DNA from: Spirochaetia bacterium
Lineage (GTDB): Bacteria > Spirochaetota > Spirochaetia > SZUA-6 > Bin103
DNA: 64,000 bases
Reading direction: 5' to 3'
NCBI GenBank assembly: GCA_965203055.1
Contig: OZ241863.1
Coordinates: 2,112,001-2,176,000 of the forward strand
This document shows, piece after piece, positions 50,195 to 59,377 of the stretch. Numbering within the stretch: the stretch's first letter is position 1; the number at the start of each line of letters is the position of its first letter. Made by a program: the position numbers and the translations under genes. Under the pieces are notes generated by a model that searched no databases, was not told the origin of the DNA, and was given only the letters and a program-made list of their open reading frames with translations.

Positions 50195-50335
50195 CGGCCA
50201 ATGGCCCTCGCGTACCGCGCTGCGGTCGTGGTTCGAGGTGGCGACCGGCAAATCGTACACCCGGTCGGTTACCACGGTCCAGCGCAGAATAACTCGCTGG
50301 CCCGGACGGCCCCGCAATGTCCAGCGCGCGGGCGT

Positions 50336-51598
50336 TCAGACCGGAAGCTGAATGGCGGCGTAGGGGTACACCGCCGCCTTGGCGCCGCGCGGGAAGCGCG
50401 CGGTGAGGTGCGTCATTACTTCGCTCCAGTCAGCGCACGCCACTACCTGGCCGCCGCGGCCGTAGCCGTCCAGGTCGGTGCGTGACTGGTAGCGCGAGCA
50501 GACCAGGAGCTGCCCGGCCTTGCGGATCGGGCAGTGCTCGACCGGTGACCAGATGCTGCCGCCGTAGTCGGTGCCGAAGCGGCCGCCGAGGTAGTGCGCC
50601 GCCTGTCCCTCGACGCTCTGGCAGATCACCACCGCGGTCCCGCCCTCCTTGAGGGAGAGATCGGGCGGCCACATCCCCTTCACCGCCTGATTCTCGATCG
50701 GGTAGGTGTTGGTCACCACCACCTCGCAGTCGCCGGCCATGGCGGTGGCGTACAGCTTCCGCGCCGCGGCCACGCCGGCGCGGTGCTGCTCCACGAACTG
50801 GCCGGCCAGCACCTGCACCACCTCGCGCCGCGGGTTGATCAGCAGATCGATCTTGAAGTCCAGGCCCACCATGGCGACTGCTTCTTCCAGGTCCCGGCGG
50901 ATCACGCTGTCTTCGATGTTGCCGAGCAGATCGACCCCGCCGGCGCCGTCCGCGCGCCGCGCCGCGGCGTCACGGCGGCCGAGGACGCGGTGGTTGTGAT
51001 CCACGGTGGCGATGCCGGCGACGCCCGGCACGAGCAGCTTGGCGCCGCCGCCGAACCCGGCCGAGCGATGCGGAATGAGACCGCCGATGCCAATCCGCAG
51101 ATCGCATTCCATCACCTCGCGGTTGATTTCCACGCGCGTGCCGCGGCTGGTGGTGCCCACCTCGACCAGGTGGTCGAACGGATTGTGATTGTAGACCCGG
51201 TAGCGGCGCACCACCTCCGCGCCCAGCTTCTTGGTGAAGTCTTCGAGGGACATCGCCGCGTGATTGGCGAATGCGCCTACCAGCCGAATCCGGTCCTCCT
51301 CCAGACCGGCGGCGCGCAGCTCGGCCAGCACCAGCGGCAGGATGCGCCAGGTGGGCGCCGGCCGGGTGAGGTCGTCGAACAGGATTACCGCCTGCTTGCG
51401 GCCGCGCGCCAACTCGCGCAGCCGCGCGGTGCCCAGCGGGCGCTCCAGTTGGGCGCGGAGCTGGGCGTCGTCGAGGGCAACGGCGTCGTGCCCGGCCATC
51501 AGGCACTCCCGTACCTGCCAGGAGGCCGGGAACCGCAGCTCCATGTCGCGGTCCCCGTACCAGGCGTGGGTGGGTATTCGGATCGTCGTGCTATCCAT
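50336..51598 (-). CDS. LarA-family (lactate racemase-like) nickel-pincer enzyme
   Basis: DDLTRP, ANH, GTTSRGT, PHRSAGFGGGAK; substrate unknown. Confidence 0.88.
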   Translation of the reverse strand: MDSTTIRIPTHAWYGDRDMELRFPASWQVRECLMAGHDAVALDDAQLRAQLERPLGTARLRELARGRKQAVILFDDLTRPAPTWRILPLVLAELRAAGLEEDRIRLVGAFANHAAMSLEDFTKKLGAEVVRRYRVYNHNPFDHLVEVGTTSRGTRVEINREVMECDLRIGIGGLIPHRSAGFGGGAKLLVPGVAGIATVDHNHRVLGRRDAAARRADGAGGVDLLGNIEDSVIRRDLEEAVAMVGLDFKIDLLINPRREVVQVLAGQFVEQHRAGVAAARKLYATAMAGDCEVVVTNTYPIENQAVKGMWPPDLSLKEGGTAVVICQSVEGQAAHYLGGRFGTDYGGSIWSPVEHCPIRKAGQLLVCSRYQSRTDLDGYGRGGQVVACADWSEVMTHLTARFPRGAKAAVYPYAAIQLPV

Positions 51599-51629
51599 GG
51601 CGGCGTGCAGTGTGCGCCGGGAGCGCGCC

Positions 51630-53420
51630 CTATGGCGAGCCCGCGCGCGGTCGTGCCCGCGGCCGTGCCCGCTGCGCCGCGGCCCAGGCCAGAAAGCGCG
51701 CGGCCGGCCAGGTGTTGGCGATGCGGCCGGGTTCGACCCAGCCGCGCTGCGCCTGCCGCACGCCCCACTGCAGGCGGTCGAAGTCTCCCACGTGGTGGGC
51801 GTCCGAGTTCACCACGATGATCACCTCGTGGGCGCGCGTCCGCCGCAACACGTCGTCCGCGGCGTCGAGCCGGTTGAGGCCGCCGTTGATCTCGATGGCG
51901 GTGCCGGTGCGGGCGGCCGCGGCCAGTACCGCGTCCACGTCCAGCTCGATGCCGGGCCGGCGGCCGATCATGCGCCCGCTGAGATGACCGATCACGTTGA
52001 CCGCCGGATCCTCCATGGCGCGGATGATGCGGCGGGTCTGGGCGGCGCGGTCCAGGTCGAACGCCGAATGCACCGCGGCCACGCACCAGTCGAACGAAGC
52101 GCGGAACGCGGCGTCGTAGTCGAGGCTGCCGTCGGGGCCGATGTTCAGCTCCACCCCGTGCAGCAGGCGCAGGCCGGGGTGGGCGCCGGCCTGCTCGCGC
52201 AACGCGGCGCGTTGCTCCAGCAGCCGCTCCCGGCTCACGCCGTTGAAGCCAAGATTCTCGCCGTGGTCGGTGACCGCCAGATAGGAGAGGCCGCGCGCCG
52301 CTGCCGCGGCCACCATCTGCGGCAGGGTACTGCGCCCGTCGCCGGAGGCGTCGGTATGCAGGTGCAGGTCGCCGCGCAGGTCGGCCAGCGCCACCGGCGC
52401 GGGCAGCTCGCCGCGGGCGGCGGCTTCGATCTCGCCGCAGTCCTCGCGCATCGGCGGCGGGATGAGCGGCAGGTCGAGCGCGGCGTAGACGTCGCGCTCC
52501 GCCTCCCCGGCGAGCCGGGTTCCGTGCTCGTCCCACAGCCCGTACTCGTTGAGCAGCCAGCCGCGGGCCGCGGCCAGCCCGCGCAGCTTGACGTTGTGCG
52601 CCGCCGAGCCGGTGAAGTAGAGCGCCGCGGCTCCGAACTGATCCGGCGCCACTACGCGCAGGTCGACCTGCAGGCCGCGCCGCGTGACCCGGGCGCCGCC
52701 GCCGCCGTCGTCGAGCAGCGGCAGTGCCGCGAAGCGCTCGATCACGGGGCGCGGGTCGGCGGCGGCCACCAGCACGTCCAGGTCGGCGATGGTGGGCCGC
52801 AGCCGGCGCAGGCTGCCGCAGTAGCGCACCTGCTCAACCGCCGGCAGATCCGCCAGCGCGGCCACCACGAGCTGCGCGTCCGGCAACACCTGGGCGATCG
52901 GCAGCCGCAGCTCCTTGCCGGCCATGCCGACCCGGCGCAGGCCCCGGGCCAGCGCCTGCTCGGTCTTGGCGCCCAGGCCCGGCAGCGCGCGCACCAGATG
53001 TTGCTCCAGGGCGGCCTGCAACTGCTCGATGCTGGCGACGCCCAGCTCCGCCCGCAGCCGCGCCAGGGTCCTGGGGCCGAGGCCCGGCACCGCGGCGAGT
53101 TGCTGGACGGCCGGCGGAAACCGGTCGCGGAGCTGATCCAGCTTGGCGATGCGGCCGCGCTCGAAGAACTCGCGCACCTTGCGGGCAATCGCCTTGCCGA
53201 CGCCGTCGAGCCGGAGCAACTCCGCCTCCGACAGCGCCGCCAGCTCCTCCGGCGCGGCGCGCAGCCGGCGCAGCGCGCGGTCGTAGGCGCGGGCGCGGAA
53301 CGACTGCGCGCTGCCGTCGTCGAGAATGGTCAGCCGGTGCAGCTCGCTGAGCTGCGCCAGCAGTTCCTGCGTCTGCCGCGCACTCCCGCGGCGCGCCGCC
53401 GCCTCGGGGCCGCCAGCCAT
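51630..53420 (-). CDS. polX: DNA polymerase X family with PHP domain
   Basis: GSLRR..IADLD, VDLRV, YFTGS..HN, NEYGL; PHP motifs DLHLHT, TDH, NSDAH. Confidence 0.92.
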   Translation of the reverse strand: MAGGPEAAARRGSARQTQELLAQLSELHRLTILDDGSAQSFRARAYDRALRRLRAAPEELAALSEAELLRLDGVGKAIARKVREFFERGRIAKLDQLRDRFPPAVQQLAAVPGLGPRTLARLRAELGVASIEQLQAALEQHLVRALPGLGAKTEQALARGLRRVGMAGKELRLPIAQVLPDAQLVVAALADLPAVEQVRYCGSLRRLRPTIADLDVLVAAADPRPVIERFAALPLLDDGGGGARVTRRGLQVDLRVVAPDQFGAAALYFTGSAAHNVKLRGLAAARGWLLNEYGLWDEHGTRLAGEAERDVYAALDLPLIPPPMREDCGEIEAAARGELPAPVALADLRGDLHLHTDASGDGRSTLPQMVAAAAARGLSYLAVTDHGENLGFNGVSRERLLEQRAALREQAGAHPGLRLLHGVELNIGPDGSLDYDAAFRASFDWCVAAVHSAFDLDRAAQTRRIIRAMEDPAVNVIGHLSGRMIGRRPGIELDVDAVLAAAARTGTAIEINGGLNRLDAADDVLRRTRAHEVIIVVNSDAHHVGDFDRLQWGVRQAQRGWVEPGRIANTWPAARFLAWAAAQRARPRARPRAGSP

Positions 53421-53540
53421 GGCGCAACTCTAAGACGCTTGGCGCGGCGCCGGCAAGCGCGGGCCGGCGCCCGCTACCCGTCCAGCTTGCCGTAGAGCAC
53501 TGTTGCGTAGCCGGCGGCCGGTGGCTCCGAGCGGCCTTTC

Positions 53541-54353
53541 CTAACCCTTGAGGGCGCCGGCGGTGAGGCCGCTCACGAACTGGCGCAGGGCGATGCCGAA
53601 TACCACCACCAGGGGCAGCGTGGCGATTACGAAGCCGGCCATCATGGGTCCGTACTGCGTCAGGTAAGTGCCCTGGAAGAAGCGCAGCCCCACTGCCACC
53701 GGGCGCAGCGAGTCGCTGGAGATCGCCACCAGCGGCCAGATGAAGTCGTTCCAGGTAGCGAGCAGGTGGACGATCAGGATGGTGATCACGACCGGCACCG
53801 ACAGTGGCAGACCGATCAGCCAGTAGCAGTGCAGCTTGTTGGCGCCGTCCATGTAGGCGGACTCGAAGATCTCTTCCGGCAGGTTGGCGAAGAAGGTACG
53901 GAACACCAGGATCGAGAACGGCTGGCTGACCGCGATCCAAGGCAGAATGAGCGCCCACGGCGTATTGATCAGGCCGAACTGCCTGACCTCCATGAACAGC
54001 GGCACGATCTGCAGCACCGACGGAATCATCAGCAGCGAAATGGTCGCCAGGAACAGAACGTGGTCGCCGGGAAACCGGTAGCGGGCAAAGGCGAAGGCGG
54101 CCAGCGAGGCGAACAACGCGATGCCGATGATGCTCAGCAGGCTGTAGTAGGTGCTGTTGACCAGATACACCGACACCACTTCCCAGGCGATCGCGTAGTT
54201 GCTCCAGGTCAGGGGGAACATCGGCAGCCAGAACTCGTGGTAGAACTGGCTGAGGTTCTTGAACGAAGTGATGAACATGAAGATGAAGGGAAAGAAGGTG
54301 AGCGCGGCAATCAGGGTAAGCGCGGAAATAGCGGCGATGCGTGGCAGAGACAT
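53541..54353 (-). CDS. Carbohydrate ABC transporter permease
   Basis: EEIFESAYMDGA EAA loop, WNDFIWPL. Confidence 0.93.
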   Translation of the reverse strand: MSLPRIAAISALTLIAALTFFPFIFMFITSFKNLSQFYHEFWLPMFPLTWSNYAIAWEVVSVYLVNSTYYSLLSIIGIALFASLAAFAFARYRFPGDHVLFLATISLLMIPSVLQIVPLFMEVRQFGLINTPWALILPWIAVSQPFSILVFRTFFANLPEEIFESAYMDGANKLHCYWLIGLPLSVPVVITILIVHLLATWNDFIWPLVAISSDSLRPVAVGLRFFQGTYLTQYGPMMAGFVIATLPLVVVFGIALRQFVSGLTAGALKG

Positions 54354-54360
54354 GTGCCGG

Positions 54361-55299
54361 CTACCGCCGGGCGACGTACTCGGTTTCGACTCTGATGCCC
54401 TTGAAGTTCAGGTAGGTGAGTCCGAATATCAGGATGAACAGGACGAAGCCGATGGTGGTAGCGTACCCCATTCTGGCGTACCAGAAGCCCATGTTGTACA
54501 TGTAGAGGCCGGGCACCAGGGTGGCGAATCCGGGGCCGCCCTCGGTAAGGATGAGCTGCACGCCGAAGCTCTGCAGCGAGTTGATCACGCTCAGGATCAG
54601 AATCAGCTTGACCTGTCCCAGCACCATGGGCAGGTCGATGAACCAGAATCTCTTGACCACGTTCACCCCGTCGATCAGCGCGGAGTCGAGGATCTCCGAG
54701 GAAATGGCCTGCAAACCTGACAGATAGATGAGCAGGGAAAACCCGCCCACCCAGGGGAACCCGATGAACATCATCCCCAGCAGCGCGAAGCGCGCGTCGC
54801 CGAGCCACGCGCGGCGCAGATTCTCCAGCCCGACCAGACTCAGGAACTGGTTGATGATGCCCACTTCCGCATCGTAGATGAACCCCCACACCAGCACCAT
54901 GACGATGAACGGTACCACCATCGGAAACACCAGCATGGCGCGCGACACGTATTGCAGCCGCGCCGACTTCATGTTGAATATCAGCTCCGCGGCGAACAGC
55001 GGCGCGGTGACGTTCACCACGATGGCGAAGGCGGACAGCTTGAGAAGATTGGCGAGCGCCGTCAGGAAGATGTCGTCGCCGGCCAGCTCGATGAAGTTGC
55101 TCAGCCCGATGAAGCGCGATACCCCGCCCACCGTCCAGCGCGTAAAGGAATGCTGGACGGCGGACAGGAACGGGTAGTAGGAGAACAGCAGCATGAGCAG
55201 GAAGGAGGGGGCGAGGAACAGGTAGACGGTCCTGTTGGCGTAGATTCGCCGCAACAGGTCCTGGAACGACGAGCGGACGGGTATCGGCGTCGCAGACAA
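54361..55299 (-). CDS. Carbohydrate ABC transporter permease
   Basis: YLFLAP, FIGLSNF, GLQAISSEILDSALIDG, TEGGPG. Confidence 0.93.
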   Translation of the reverse strand: MSATPIPVRSSFQDLLRRIYANRTVYLFLAPSFLLMLLFSYYPFLSAVQHSFTRWTVGGVSRFIGLSNFIELAGDDIFLTALANLLKLSAFAIVVNVTAPLFAAELIFNMKSARLQYVSRAMLVFPMVVPFIVMVLVWGFIYDAEVGIINQFLSLVGLENLRRAWLGDARFALLGMMFIGFPWVGGFSLLIYLSGLQAISSEILDSALIDGVNVVKRFWFIDLPMVLGQVKLILILSVINSLQSFGVQLILTEGGPGFATLVPGLYMYNMGFWYARMGYATTIGFVLFILIFGLTYLNFKGIRVETEYVARR

Positions 55300-55367
55300 G
55301 GATGATTAGTCCCGGGAGCGCCCCGGACGCGGCGGCGCCCGGGAGCGCTTACGTCAGGCGGGAGCTG

Positions 55368-56825
55368 CTACAGTCCCCATTCGGGGTTGGCCGCGACCAT
55401 GCGGTCGACGCCCGCCTCCAGGATCTTCTGCAGTTCCGCGGCGCCGTCCTCCAGGGACATGCCGCCGCCGAGGATCTCGGCCACCATGCTGCGCCCGATG
55501 TCACCGGCCTGCACGTCGTAGAAGCCGAAGAACACGAGCTGCTCGCCGGGCCCCGCCTCGGTGGTGATCGATGAGATCATGCCGTCCAGCAGGTCGGTGC
55601 TGCGTTCGCCCTTGATGTTCGGGATCAGCACGTTGGCTTCTTCGATCATCGGAATTGCCCGCTCCGGCACCGTGAGGAAGCGCAGGAAGTCGACCGCGAG
55701 ATCGGTCTTGCCGCCCTCGATCGCGGTGGCGGTGATGGCGAGCTGCGTGGCGTGGGCGCCGCCGAGACCGCGCACGAATTTGCCGGTCCCGTACGGCGAG
55801 CTGTCGGTGGTCACCGGCGGAAACCAGAAGGTTCCGAAGTCGAAGTCGCGCAGCGGATCGTTGACCAACGCCAGCAGGTTCCAGGTGCCGGCCCAGGCAA
55901 TCGCGGCGCGCCCGGTGATCCAGGGGCGGAAGTCCCCGCCGTCGGTCTTGGTGGCCCAGTCTCCCTGCCAGTAGGGCGCCCATTCCTTGAGCAGGCGCAG
56001 CCACTCCTGTTGCTGTGGATCGTTCAGGTTCAGGGTGCCGTTGCGGACCGCGCGCGCCACCTCCTCGTGATTGCTGAAGCCGCTCTCGTCGGCATCGATC
56101 CGTTCGACGATATCCAGGGCCGTAGCCTCGTACAGCAGTACGAAGGTCCAGTCCAGATGATTGTTGACGTGCGCCGTCTGGAACGGAATGTAACCTGCTT
56201 CCCGGATGGTTTCCTGGATCTCCATGAACTCCTGCCAGTCGCGCGGCACCTCGAGGCCGAGTTCATTGAAGATCGCCTTGTTGTACACCCAACCGGTCGC
56301 CACCAAGTCGATGGAGAGTCCGTACAACGCGCCGTTCGACTGAATCTTCGGGCGCAGGGTGGAATCGAAGAACAGGTCCCACCACTTGGCGCTGCCGGGC
56401 GCGTACGGGTTGGGTTCCTGCAGGTAGGGCATCAGGTCGACGAACCAGTTGTTGTCCTTGTACTGATACGCCCACTCGTTCTTGACGCTGAGAATATCGG
56501 GAGCGGTGCCGCCGCTGAGTTGGGTGACCACCCATTCCAGCCCGGACACCGGATCGGTCAGGACTTCGATGCTGACGCCGGGATGGAGCCGCTGATACTC
56601 GGCGACGATCTCGTTCGCCACCACCAGCTTGTCCAGCCCTTCGCCGCGCACCACCCCCGGCGTGTAGCTGCCGAGGTGGATGCTCATCTGGCCGCTGAGC
56701 CCGTCGCCGGCCGCGGCCTCTTCGCCGCCGGCGGCGAACGCCGCGGTTCCCGCCAGGAGCAGCAGACCGGCGCCGGCGATGGCCGGTGCGAGGTTCTTGA
56801 AGTCAACCATGGTGTTCCTCCTCAT
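55368..56825 (-). CDS. Sugar ABC transporter extracellular solute-binding protein
   Basis: Signal peptide (AFAAGGEE), GTAPDI, YNKAIF.ELG...P.DW.EF; start may instead be 56810. Confidence 0.9.
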   Translation of the reverse strand: MRRNTMVDFKNLAPAIAGAGLLLLAGTAAFAAGGEEAAAGDGLSGQMSIHLGSYTPGVVRGEGLDKLVVANEIVAEYQRLHPGVSIEVLTDPVSGLEWVVTQLSGGTAPDILSVKNEWAYQYKDNNWFVDLMPYLQEPNPYAPGSAKWWDLFFDSTLRPKIQSNGALYGLSIDLVATGWVYNKAIFNELGLEVPRDWQEFMEIQETIREAGYIPFQTAHVNNHLDWTFVLLYEATALDIVERIDADESGFSNHEEVARAVRNGTLNLNDPQQQEWLRLLKEWAPYWQGDWATKTDGGDFRPWITGRAAIAWAGTWNLLALVNDPLRDFDFGTFWFPPVTTDSSPYGTGKFVRGLGGAHATQLAITATAIEGGKTDLAVDFLRFLTVPERAIPMIEEANVLIPNIKGERSTDLLDGMISSITTEAGPGEQLVFFGFYDVQAGDIGRSMVAEILGGGMSLEDGAAELQKILEAGVDRMVAANPEWGL

Positions 56826-56832
56826 AGGTTGC

Positions 56833-57340
56833 TCATGGTGTCGATGGTTCGCTCACTTTCGGAAATCTCATGCGGCTTCCGGAGCCGACGTCGAAGGTCA
56901 CGTAGTCGGAGTCCGCGCTCGCCGCGCCGATGCCGGCCGCGCCCGGGAGCAAGGCGCCGCCGCGCCACACCACGCGGTCGCCCTCGCGGATCACCGGCCG
57001 CGCGCTCCCGGCCACCGGCACCGCCACCAGCGCGCGGCAGTTGACCGGCACGCTGACAGTGACCGGCGGGATCATCTGCGCCTGCAACGGTCCCACCGGC
57101 TCGGGGGCCGCTGCCGCCGGCTGCCAGTGCAAACTCCTTGCGCAGCAGGGGTGAGGAGATGGCGGGCTCTGGTGGGAGGATCCAGGTCGCCTTCCAGTCG
57201 GCGGCGCCCAGCAATCCCATCTCGAACCACGCCGGCGCGCTCCACGGTCTGGGCCGGCCCGCCTCGTCCCAGACCCGGACCGCCCAGTAGCAGCGTTCGC
57301 CGCCAGCCAGCGGCGCACGCGATGTTGGTGGAGTCGCCGA
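56833..57340 (-). pseudogene. Internally deleted alpha-L-rhamnosidase (GH78)-like remnant
   Basis: N-terminal YWAVRVWD...WFEMGLL..DWKATWI...PLLRKEF joined out of frame to C-terminal VSVPVN...VW..G...VTFDVGSG; catalytic core missing. Confidence 0.7.
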
Positions 57341-57627
57341 CAGCGTGCAGCCCCTCCTCCTCCGCCTCGGGCACCGGTGAATCGGCGGAGGCGCCGGACG
57401 GAATCAGGCGTGGAGTCAGGGCAGCAATCCCTCTACACTCCGGGAGCGCCGCAGGAACGCCCACCGGCAAGATTCCGCGAGTATGTCACGCCGCTCCCCA
57501 CCGGTCAAGCAAGCGCCCGCGGTGGGCGCATTTCCAAAATGTAGGTAAGCGTCAGGCCGCTTGGCGGCCAAGCCCAAGTCCCAGTGTAAGATGACGTTCT
57601 CGGCGATCTTGATCACCGGTTTCTTGA

Positions 57628-58983
57628 TCACCGGTCTACCGGCGCCTGACGATCCTCGCCGGGGCGCCCGAATCCGGCGCCGACGTGGCGGTAGCGGTGA
57701 TGGGCGGCGCACAGCAGCCGGAGATTGTTCGGCTCGGCGGCGCCGCCGCAGGCATACGGCACGACGTGATCGATCTGCAGCAGGTGTTGCGAGCCGCAGC
57801 GGCGCCCGCTGGTGCGGTCCACGTAGCGGCAGCGGCCCCGGTCGCGCCGCCACACCTCGCGCTTGACCGCCGCCGGGATGGCGCGGCCGGGCACGCCCGG
57901 CTTCGCTGCCGAAGTCTGGGTCCGCGGCGGCGCAGCCAGCTGCGCGCACGCCGCAGCCTGCCGGCCGAGGCGCTACGTCTTCGGCGCCGAAGTTGCGTCG
58001 CCCGCCGGCTTCGCTGCCGATGTGTGCGGGCGGTCAGCGGCTTGGCCTCCCGGCTCCGCCGGCGCCTGAGCCGATACCTTCGCCGCCGAAGGAGCGGCGC
58101 TGTCCGCGCCGGCCTCCTGCTTCGCTGCCGGGGCGGCGCCACGAGCCGAGGCCGCCTGCGTCTTCGGCGCCGAAGTTTGCTCGGCGCCTTTGGCCGGCGC
58201 GGCGCGCCGCCCGCGCGGCGGCCGGGCCGGGTCGTGGCGGTCGAGCCCTTCCCGCACCAGCCGCCCCATGAGCTGCCCCAACGTCAGGTGCGGATCGACG
58301 TGGGACAGGAGGCCCTTGAGCCGCTCCAAGCCGCGCCGGCACTCATCGTCGATCACCGCCTTGAGTTCCCAGCGCCCGCCGCCCAGGGGCCGCACCCGAT
58401 CCCCCGGCGGCGCCAGCTCCGGGTCCACCTCGGCCAGCAACTGCATCACCTCCCGGCTGCTCTTGCCGGACGCCTGCTCCACCAGCTCCCGCCGCGCCTC
58501 CGAGTCCAGCGCCGGCGCCGGCGCCGGCTTCCGCTCCGCCGACCGCGGCGGCGCCGAGCCGTCCTGCGACTGAGCGGCAGCCCCGCACCCGACACCGCCC
58601 GGCGCGCTACGCGCCGCGCGTTCCTTCCTGCGCTCCTGCCGGTCGAACGCGTGCTGCAACTGCGCCGCCGCGTTCAGCGTCATCAAGCCATTCTGCAGGC
58701 GCTCGCGCACGCCCTCGACCTCCGCGCACAGCCGCATCGCCTTGATGCGCCGCCACGCTGCAGCGTCGCTGTAACCCAGTTCGCGCACCGCGTAATCGAA
58801 CAGACTCGAGAACCCGCGGCGCAGGTACAGGCGGCGCTTCTGAATCTCGCGCAGGTGGTCGATCACGACCACTTCGAGATGGTGTTCGATGCCGGAAAGT
58901 TCCTTGATCCGCTCCAGCAGGCGGTCGTCTGAGAGAGCGGATACGGTAGTGGTGACGGCCCCGTCTGAAGCATGTTTGTTCAT
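57628..58983 (-). pseudogene. DUF222-like/HNH endonuclease interrupted by in-frame TAG (57973-57975)
   Basis: N-terminal LSDDRLL...LYLRRGFSSLFDYA..ELGYS; same-frame C-terminal IPAAVKREVWRRD.GRC...IDHVVPYACGG...NLRLLCAAHH. Confidence 0.85.
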
Positions 58984-58989
58984 GACATA

Positions 58990-59018
58990 AGTATAATCAT
59001 GGAAACTACTTGAGTCAA
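58990..59018 (-). promoter_or_regulatory. Near-consensus sigma70 promoter, likely leaderless transcript of the HNH gene
   Basis: TTGACT-17 nt-TATACT-6 nt-ATG. Confidence 0.75.
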
Positions 59019-59159
59019 TTTCTTCGGCCCGGAAGATGGCACCTGCTGGCGTGACTCGGCGGCGTATTCCAAGCGGCTGGACGTTCCGTCAGATGCTGCT
59101 GCCGAGAATGTCGCCGGCGTCGACAGGGCGCGATTTGCCGGGTACCGAGGGGCCGGCTT

Positions 59160-59315
59160 CGGCGCCGGCGCGGGCGGCGTTGAGAGCAAGCAGGCGGGCG
59201 AGCACTTCGTCGCGGACTCCGGCGCGGTCCATGGCGGCGTGCAGCTCGCGCGGTACTCGGAGTACGCCTTGCCGGCGGCTTCGACGGCGGAATCGGTACC
59301 AACAATTGGGAAGTG
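59160..59315 (-). pseudogene. Collapsed C-terminal remnant of a type IIG-like RM enzyme
   Basis: EAAGKAYSEYRA / RELHAAMDRA / VRDEVLARLLALNAARA segments juxtaposed with a frameshift. Confidence 0.6.
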
Positions 59316-59377
59316 CGCCCCCGCGGTCGGACACATGCCGTTGCGCGGTGTGTCATCACCGACGCGTGCCGCAGGCG

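Noticed and set aside
36860..50330. Intact prophage
   Set aside because: No integrase, terminase, portal, capsid or replication genes.
57973..57975. Pyrrolysine or programmed readthrough at the TAG in the HNH gene
   Set aside because: It lies in a low-complexity linker where the sister repeat has CAG; a simple nonsense mutation is more likely.
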